From: Myxococcota bacterium
GTDB taxonomy: Bacteria > Myxococcota > JACRCW01
Length of the DNA: 10,167 bases
Assembly: GCA_040752415.1 (NCBI GenBank)
Contig: JBFMGU010000336.1
Span: forward strand, 1 to 10,167
Reading direction: 5' to 3'
Shown: positions 1-5,493 of the stretch, piece after piece
Layout of the letters: every line of letters starts with the position of its first letter
How positions within the stretch are numbered: position 1 is the stretch's first letter
Translations under genes and position numbers: made by a program
Notes under the pieces: model-generated
The model's input: only the letters and a program-made list of their open reading frames with translations
Databases searched by the model: none
Told to the model about the DNA's origin: nothing

Positions 1-2
1 CA

Positions 3-1124
3 CGGCCGCGCAGGGAGGGAGCCAAGGGAAGGCGCGCGTCAGAGGCGCGACGCGCGGCCGAGCAGAAGGCGCCCCCGCCGCCCGTGGAGCCGGAGCCCAT
101 TGAGCCGGACCACACGGAAGACACCGTGGCGGGCGGCGTGCCTCCTCCGGTGGAACCGCCCAGGGAGGAGATCTCCTCGGCGCGCAAGGTGGTGGTCCCC
201 GTCCCCGACGACGTGGCCCAGGCCCGCCCCGACGAGCCCACCCGCCGCTTTGACCCACGCACCGACCTGCCCCAGCCCCCCCAGCGCCCCGCGGCCCCCT
301 CTGCGGCGCGGACGGTGAGCAAGCCGCGCGTACCCAAGGCGGAGCCTCCGCCACGTCGACGCAGCGTCCTGCTGCTTGCCATTGCCAGCTCCCTGTGTGG
401 CGCGGCGGTGGCGGTGGCCCTGGGCCTGGTCTGGGTGCGTGGCTCCGGCGCCAAGCCCGCGCGCGACGACCGCCCGCCGCCCAAGGCCGTGCCGCTCCCC
501 GAGAAGACCGAGAAGCCCGAGAAGCCCGCGGAGACGCCGCCCACCCCGCCCCCGACGGAATCCGTCGCTTTCCTGCAGCTGCTGGTGGATCCGGTGGGGG
601 CGGTGGTGGAGGTGGACGGCAGCCGGATCACCAACCTGGACGCGGCGCTGAGCCTCAAGCCGGGCGCGCACCGTCTGCGGGTCACGGCGCCGGGCTACGT
701 GGAGGATGCGCGGACCATCACGTTGACGTCGGGGGCCCGGGACCAGGTGAGCATCAGCCTCACCCCGCAGTCCGCCAAACCGCCGCCAGAGCAACGCCCC
801 AAGCCCGCCGAGAACCCCAAGCCTCCTCCCGACGAGACCGAGCGTCCCAGCGAGCGCCCCAAGCCCGCGGAGCGCCCCAAGCCCACCCCCAGGCAGGAGA
901 AGCCCGCGCCGCGCGGCGTTGCCAAGCTGAAGCTCACCGCGCCGGGCACCTGGGCCACGATTACGCTCGACGGGAAGAAGCTCACCGAGGTCACTCCCGC
1001 CGTGCTGACCGTCCCCGCGGGGGAGCACACCGTGGTGATCACGCACGGGCCGTCCAAGGAGTCGCGGACCTTCAAGGTGGACCTGGCGCCCAATGAGGAG
1101 AAGATGATCAAGGCGGAGTTCTGA
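3..1124 (+). CDS. 5'-truncated single-pass membrane protein with Pro-rich linkers and two C-terminal PEGA-like domains; probably the C-terminal part of a Ser/Thr protein kinase
   Basis: The frame is open from position 3 (RPRREGAKGRR...), so GTG at 84 is probably internal. Hydrophobic helix VLLLAIASSLCGAAVAVALGLVWV (366-437) follows RRR. Two PEGA-like units: LQLLVDPVGAVVEVDG...LKPGAHRLRVTAPGY (~567-765) and LKLTAPGTWATITLDG...TPAVLTVPAGEHTVVI (~915-1121). The layout matches the tail of the kinase at 3672. No kinase domain is visible in the window. Confidence 0.85.
   Translation, partial: RPRREGAKGRRASEARRAAEQKAPPPPVEPEPIEPDHTEDTVAGGVPPPVEPPREEISSARKVVVPVPDDVAQARPDEPTRRFDPRTDLPQPPQRPAAPSAARTVSKPRVPKAEPPPRRRSVLLLAIASSLCGAAVAVALGLVWVRGSGAKPARDDRPPPKAVPLPEKTEKPEKPAETPPTPPPTESVAFLQLLVDPVGAVVEVDGSRITNLDAALSLKPGAHRLRVTAPGYVEDARTITLTSGARDQVSISLTPQSAKPPPEQRPKPAENPKPPPDETERPSERPKPAERPKPTPRQEKPAPRGVAKLKLTAPGTWATITLDGKKLTEVTPAVLTVPAGEHTVVITHGPSKESRTFKVDLAPNEEKMIKAEF
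789..887 (+). repeat. Intragenic imperfect 18-bp (6-aa) repeats encoding (E/Q)RPKPA-like linker units
   Basis: GAGCGCCCCAAGCCC occurs at 852-866 and 870-884, and CGCCCCAAGCCC at 795-806. Protein: EQRPKPAENPKPP...ERPKPAERPKPT. Confidence 0.7.
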
Positions 1125-1165
1125 CGGCTCCGACGAGGGGAGGTTGCCTGGCGCGGTCCCTCCCC

Positions 1166-1182
1166 TGCTAGCGTCTCCTACA
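1166..1182 (+). promoter_or_regulatory. Putative extended -10 promoter (TG-c-TAGCGT) positioned for a leaderless transcript
   Basis: TGnTAnnnT at 1166-1174 is followed by 7 nt and then ATG at 1182. No SD-like sequence lies at normal spacing upstream of that ATG. Confidence 0.45.
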
Positions 1183-2378
1183 TGGTCTCCCGGGCGCACC
1201 ACGTGGGGGTGATGGGCCTGCTTGGCTGCGGGCTGATTGCCACGCTGTGGTGCTGCACACCCCAGCAGCCGGTCTCCGCACGACGAGGCTGCACGCGCGC
1301 CGTGGACTGCCTGGGAGACGAACGCTGCGACCCGGCCAGCGGCCGCTGCGTGCCCGCGCGCCAGGTGGAGGACGCCGGTCCCTGCGGCACCACCGTGCCC
1401 GGTTGCGACGACGACGCGCTCAACAACCGCTCCCCCGAGTGCGCCGCTGCCATCACCGGCTCCATCTTCTTCCGCCAGGACCTGCTGCTCTGCCCCACCG
1501 TCGACGACTTCTACCGTGTCGACGTGCCTGCCGCCGGCGTGTTGCAGGTGATGGCGTGGCCCGATTCCGCGGTGGACCTGCAGATCACGGTCATCAACCA
1601 GATTGACAACGCCACGCAGACCGACCCGCTCACGCGCACCGACGTGGCCCACGTGGTGGTCATCCCCAACACCGCGGGGACCCACCTGGTGCGCGTGTCG
1701 TCGCCCGTGAACGTGAACTACGCCATCCGCATCACCACCGGTCGCTTCTGCACGCAGGACTCCAACTGCATCAGCCGTCGCTGTGAGCCGCTGTTGCCGC
1801 GCGTGGATTCCGCCGCACCCCCGCTGACCGAGCTCAACAGGGGACACTGCGTGGACACCGACGCGCCGGTGTGCGGCGACACGCAGGGGCCGGCGGTCAA
1901 CCGTCGCACCGAGGCGCAGGCGCTCTCCCTGGGTGGTGCCCCGGTGACGCTGGGGACCTGCCTTGACGACGTGGATTGGCTCTCCCTGGACATCCCCGGC
2001 CAGACCTCAGACCTGCTGCTCAACCTGGAGTGCAACACCCTGGACAACGCGTTCCGACCGCACCTGCTGCTGGTCAACAGCGCGGGCGTCTCGCCGGACG
2101 TGGAGTGGGTGCAGCCCTCGGTGGACCAGAGCGGCGGCGGGGCCCGCAACTACCGCATCCCGTGGCTGGCGGGCAGCGCCTTTGGCCCGGGCACGCGCTA
2201 CCTCCGACTGGGCCAGGTGGCGGGTCGGGGAGAGGCCACCTGCACCTTGAGCGCGCAGGTGGTGGACCTGGCCGCCGTCGACGGGGGCTGCCAGCAGCAC
2301 ACCGACTGCCAGGCCACGCCGGAGGCCAACAACTTCGGCCGGACCAACTGCGCGGGGAACGCGTGCCAGATTCCCTGA
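1182..2378 (+). CDS. Secreted protein or putative lipoprotein with two PPC-like (pre-peptidase C-terminal) beta-sandwich domains and three Cys-rich modules
   Basis: 398-aa ORF with GC-rich third positions. Hydrophobic N-terminus with candidate lipobox cysteines (LLGC or LWCC). Two related units: CDDDALNNRS...LLLCPTVDDFYRVDVP and CGDTQGPAVNRR...LGTCLDDVDWLSLDIP. Cys modules begin CTRAVDC, CTQDSNC and CQQHTDC. Confidence 0.75.
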   Translation: MVSRAHHVGVMGLLGCGLIATLWCCTPQQPVSARRGCTRAVDCLGDERCDPASGRCVPARQVEDAGPCGTTVPGCDDDALNNRSPECAAAITGSIFFRQDLLLCPTVDDFYRVDVPAAGVLQVMAWPDSAVDLQITVINQIDNATQTDPLTRTDVAHVVVIPNTAGTHLVRVSSPVNVNYAIRITTGRFCTQDSNCISRRCEPLLPRVDSAAPPLTELNRGHCVDTDAPVCGDTQGPAVNRRTEAQALSLGGAPVTLGTCLDDVDWLSLDIPGQTSDLLLNLECNTLDNAFRPHLLLVNSAGVSPDVEWVQPSVDQSGGGARNYRIPWLAGSAFGPGTRYLRLGQVAGRGEATCTLSAQVVDLAAVDGGCQQHTDCQATPEANNFGRTNCAGNACQIP

Positions 2379-2388
2379 CGCCCACGCT

Positions 2389-2415
2389 CACGCCACGCCG
2401 CAACGGCGGGGTGTG
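2389..2415 (+). other. GC-rich intergenic stem-loop
   Basis: CACGCCACGCCG-CAA-CGGCGGGGTGTG forms a 12-position stem with one G-U pair and one A/G mismatch. It is followed by only TT, so it is not a canonical intrinsic terminator. Confidence 0.55.
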
Positions 2416-2428
2416 TTAGGGAGTGGGC

Positions 2429-3589
2429 ATGGACGTGCATCTGCTGTCCGGGCGGCCCATCTACTTCCCGTTCCTCTCGGGCATCCTGGACTACCAGTGC
2501 AGCACCTGCGACGCGCGCTGCTGCAAGGGTGGCGGGCTGGGGATTGGTCGCAGCCGGGAGCTGGCGGGGCTGCTGCACATCTCCCCCGCGCTGGCGCTCT
2601 TTGCGCAGGACGGGTTTCCCAACGGCGCGCTCCCCATCCTGGACACCGTCCTCGAGAAATGCTGGTTCCTGGACAGCAAGAGCCTGTGCCGCCTGGAGCG
2701 CGCGGTGGGGCGGGAGCAGAAGCCCGCGGCGTGTCGACTGTTCCCGTTCCACCAGATGCGTGTGGCCGGAGAGTGGGTGGTGGTGATGCCGCACTTCTTC
2801 TGCCCGCTCACCGTCACCGAGGGACCGGGGGTCTCCGAGCGCAGCAACCACGACGAGCTGGCCATGGAGATCCACGCCGTGGGCGTCCCCCGCGACGGAC
2901 ACCCCGCCATGCCCGACCCGCCCGGCGTGTCCTGGGCCCACGCCGTGCCGCTGGAACGACGGGTGCGGGAGCTGGGGCGCGCGTTCCTGGACGTGGCCGA
3001 CTACGCGCCCTACGCCGACGCGCAGCTGGAGCTGACCACGGAGATGCTGGGCACCCCGCGCAGCGCACGCTCCGACACCCTGCGTGCCCGCGTGGCCACC
3101 TTCCTGGGCTACGGCGACGGAAAGCCCGGCGCGCGCGTGGTCCATGACCTGGTGGCGCTCACCCCGTACCTGCGCATGCGCCTGGCCGCGGTCCCGCGGG
3201 AGGGGTTGCCGGGCCTGCTGACGTCGCTGAGCGTGGTGGCGGCGGCGGTGGAGGACATGCCGGGCACGCAGCTGAGCGCGCGCACGCTGGTGCAGCTGCT
3301 GGAGAAACGCGCCCCCATGCTGCACGCGCTGGCCCATCTCATGGAGACGCCATTCATGGCGGAGGGCTACACCGCGGAGTCCCTGGCGCGGGGCGCGCGC
3401 GGCGCTTCCCCGTTGTTCCAGGAGCTGCTCACCGCGGTGGAGCACAACCGTCGCGCGCGCCGGCCGGCCACGCTGGGAAACCTGCTGGCCGCCCTCCCCG
3501 CCTTCCGACCGCCGCTCTCGCCGGAAGCGTGCGGAACCCTCATGACCCTGGGCCGGTACGTCACCGACGCGTTTGAGTTCCAGGCCTGA
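2429..3589 (+). CDS. YkgJ-family / FliB-like cysteine-cluster protein (putative Zn or Fe-S binding CxxCxxCC domain) with a long C-terminal extension
   Basis: Motifs YQCSTCDARCC, CWFLDSKSLCRL, KPAACRLFPF and HFFCP give eight Cys within 2498-2803. SD AGGGAG at 2418-2423 favours ATG 2429 over GTG 2423. No signal peptide. Confidence 0.85.
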   Translation: MDVHLLSGRPIYFPFLSGILDYQCSTCDARCCKGGGLGIGRSRELAGLLHISPALALFAQDGFPNGALPILDTVLEKCWFLDSKSLCRLERAVGREQKPAACRLFPFHQMRVAGEWVVVMPHFFCPLTVTEGPGVSERSNHDELAMEIHAVGVPRDGHPAMPDPPGVSWAHAVPLERRVRELGRAFLDVADYAPYADAQLELTTEMLGTPRSARSDTLRARVATFLGYGDGKPGARVVHDLVALTPYLRMRLAAVPREGLPGLLTSLSVVAAAVEDMPGTQLSARTLVQLLEKRAPMLHALAHLMETPFMAEGYTAESLARGARGASPLFQELLTAVEHNRRARRPATLGNLLAALPAFRPPLSPEACGTLMTLGRYVTDAFEFQA

Positions 3590-3671
3590 AAACCGCCGCG
3601 TTTGCGGTGACGGCACCCGGCTCCCTCTGCCAAGATGCGCCACCCCGAAAGCCTGTTGAGGAGCACACGCG

Positions 3672-5471
3672 GTGAGTCAGCTATCCATCCCATTTGGTCG
3701 CTACGAGCTGCTGGAGCGCGTGGCCATGGGCGGCATGGCGGAGGTGTTCAAGGCGCGCCACGTGGGACGCGAGGGCTTCCAGAAGGACGTCTGCATCAAG
3801 CGCATCCTCCCGCAGTTCTGCACGGAGGAAGGCTTCATCCAGATGTTCATTGATGAAGCCAAGCTGGCGGCCAAGCTGCAACACGCCAACATCGTCCAGA
3901 TCTTCGACTTCGACCAGGTGGACGGCAGCTACTACATCGCCATGGAGTTCATCCAGGGCAAGGATCTGCGCACCGTCATCAAGCAGGGTGAGCAGAGTGG
4001 CATGCCGCTGGGACCCATCCTGTCCGCGTTCATCTGCGCGGAGATGTGCAAGGGGCTCCACTACGCGCACCAGCGTGACGGCCTGGGCCTGGTCCACCGC
4101 GACATCAGCCCGCACAACGTCCTGGTCAGCATGCTGGGCGAGGTGAAGGTCATGGACTTTGGCATTGCCAAGGCCGCGGACCGCATCACCCACACCTCGA
4201 CGGGAATCATCAAGGGAAAGCTGGCGTACATGGCGCCGGAGCAGGCGGCGGGCGGGGAGATTGACCACCGCGTGGACCAGTTTGCCACCGCGCTGGTGCT
4301 CTCCGAGATGCTCACCGGTCGTCGCGCGTACGAGGGCGCGGAGCCGGTGGTGCTGCGCAAGGCCTTGGCCGCCGACGTGCAACCGCCCTCCATGGTGGTG
4401 CCCACCGTGCCGCCGGAGCTGGACGAGATCTTCCTCAAGGCCACCGCCATGGACCCGGGCGCGCGCTACCCGGACATGCGCGCTTTCGAGCGGGCGCTGA
4501 TGCAGTTCATCTACAAGCGCGCCCCGTCGGAGGAGGAGCAGGACCTGGGCCTGCACATGCGTCGGCTGTTCGACAAGGACCCGTACGCGTCCCCGACGGA
4601 GAGCATGTTTGACGGCGAGCCACCCTCGCGGCTGGTGGCCACGGCGCCCAGTCGGCCGAGCAGCGTGAGCGCACCCAGTGTTGTCTCGTCCAGCAATTCC
4701 CAGCTGGCGGCGGCGGTGTCGGAAGTGTTCACCAGTGCCGGCGCCAGCGCGCCAACCAGGCAGTCCGACCCCAAGCAGCTCCTTTCGGGTTCACTGCCGT
4801 TGGCGGGGACGCCGGAGCAGGCCACGCGGACGCACATGGCCGCCTCCGCTTCGCAACCCGTGGCGCCGACGGCGCAGCGCTCCGCGCCCGCGGTGTTGAG
4901 TCCCGCCGTGGTGCCCGTGACGACGGAGAAACCCGCCGCACCGCCCTCACGCGGGGTGCCGGTTCCCGTGGTGGCGGGTGGCGTGGCGGTGGTGGCGCTG
5001 GGGATCATCGGCTTTGTGGTGATGGGGCGTTCCCCGACGACGGCCCCGAGCCCCGCGCCGGTGGCCGCGCCTGCCCCGCCCGTGCAGGCCGCGCCCGCAC
5101 CCGTGGCTCAACCCGCGCCCGTGGAAGCGGCGAAGCCGGTGGAAGCGACCAAGCCCGTGGAAACGGCGAAGCCCGCGGAGCCGGTGAAGCCGGTGGAGGA
5201 GAAGCGGGAGGAGAAGACCGCGTCCGACGACGCCGAGGACAAAGGTGCGCGCGGCAAACGCGCCCTGGGGACCGTGCAGGCCATCAGCGAGAAGGGCTGG
5301 GCGGAGGTGTTTGTCCGCGGAAGCCGCAAGGGTGAGACGCCGGTGGCGGTGCAGCTGCCCGCCGGGAAGAACACGATCACGTTCCGCAACCCGGAGACGG
5401 GGCAGGAGAAGTCCGTGGTGGTGAACGTGAAGGGCAATGAGACGGTGAAGGTGATGTCACCGTTGAAGTGA
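3672..5471 (+). CDS. Hanks-type Ser/Thr protein kinase with transmembrane helix and C-terminal PEGA-like domain
   Basis: Motifs AMGGMAEV, VCIKRILP, FIDEAK, HRDISPHN, DFGIAK, GKLAYMAPEQ and VDQF. Ser/Pro/Ala-rich linker, TM at ~4968-5024, PEGA-like tail at ~5268-5468. SD GAGGAG (3658-3663) lies 8 nt before GTG. Confidence 0.96.
   Translation: MSQLSIPFGRYELLERVAMGGMAEVFKARHVGREGFQKDVCIKRILPQFCTEEGFIQMFIDEAKLAAKLQHANIVQIFDFDQVDGSYYIAMEFIQGKDLRTVIKQGEQSGMPLGPILSAFICAEMCKGLHYAHQRDGLGLVHRDISPHNVLVSMLGEVKVMDFGIAKAADRITHTSTGIIKGKLAYMAPEQAAGGEIDHRVDQFATALVLSEMLTGRRAYEGAEPVVLRKALAADVQPPSMVVPTVPPELDEIFLKATAMDPGARYPDMRAFERALMQFIYKRAPSEEEQDLGLHMRRLFDKDPYASPTESMFDGEPPSRLVATAPSRPSSVSAPSVVSSSNSQLAAAVSEVFTSAGASAPTRQSDPKQLLSGSLPLAGTPEQATRTHMAASASQPVAPTAQRSAPAVLSPAVVPVTTEKPAAPPSRGVPVPVVAGGVAVVALGIIGFVVMGRSPTTAPSPAPVAAPAPPVQAAPAPVAQPAPVEAAKPVEATKPVETAKPAEPVKPVEEKREEKTASDDAEDKGARGKRALGTVQAISEKGWAEVFVRGSRKGETPVAVQLPAGKNTITFRNPETGQEKSVVVNVKGNETVKVMSPLK
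5118..5204 (+). repeat. Intragenic tandem 18-bp repeat, about 5 copies, encoding PVEAAK/PVEATK/PVETAK/PAEPVK/PVEEK
   Basis: CCCGTGGAAGCGGCGAAG, CCGGTGGAAGCGACCAAG, CCCGTGGAAACGGCGAAG, CCCGCGGAGCCGGTGAAG and CCGGTGGAGGAGAAG are contiguous. Confidence 0.8.
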
Positions 5472-5493
5472 CCCGCGCGTCTCGTCGTTGCGG

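Noticed and set aside
84..86. GTG start given by the ORF track for gene 1
   Set aside because: The frame is open to the window edge and no convincing SD precedes it, so the gene most likely starts upstream.
39..1847. 602-aa minus-strand ORF, and likewise 2198-3643 (-), 3681-4556 (-), 5488-7548 (+) and 7684-9393 (+)
   Set aside because: These are antisense shadows of real GC3-rich genes, rich in Gly/Arg/His/Val and without recognisable motifs. Such long shadow ORFs are expected at this GC content.
2376..2415. UGA plus downstream hairpin as a selenocysteine insertion signal
   Set aside because: Readthrough is out of frame with the next gene and yields unrecognisable sequence, and the protein ends on a complete Cys module.
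3590..3610. ACCGC...GCGGT hairpin after the YkgJ-like gene as a terminator
   Set aside because: The stem is only 5 bp and has no U-tract on the + strand.
5472..5493. Bidirectional terminator between the convergent kinase and protease genes
   Set aside because: The 22-bp gap has only weak CCGC/GCGG pairing and no A/U tracts.
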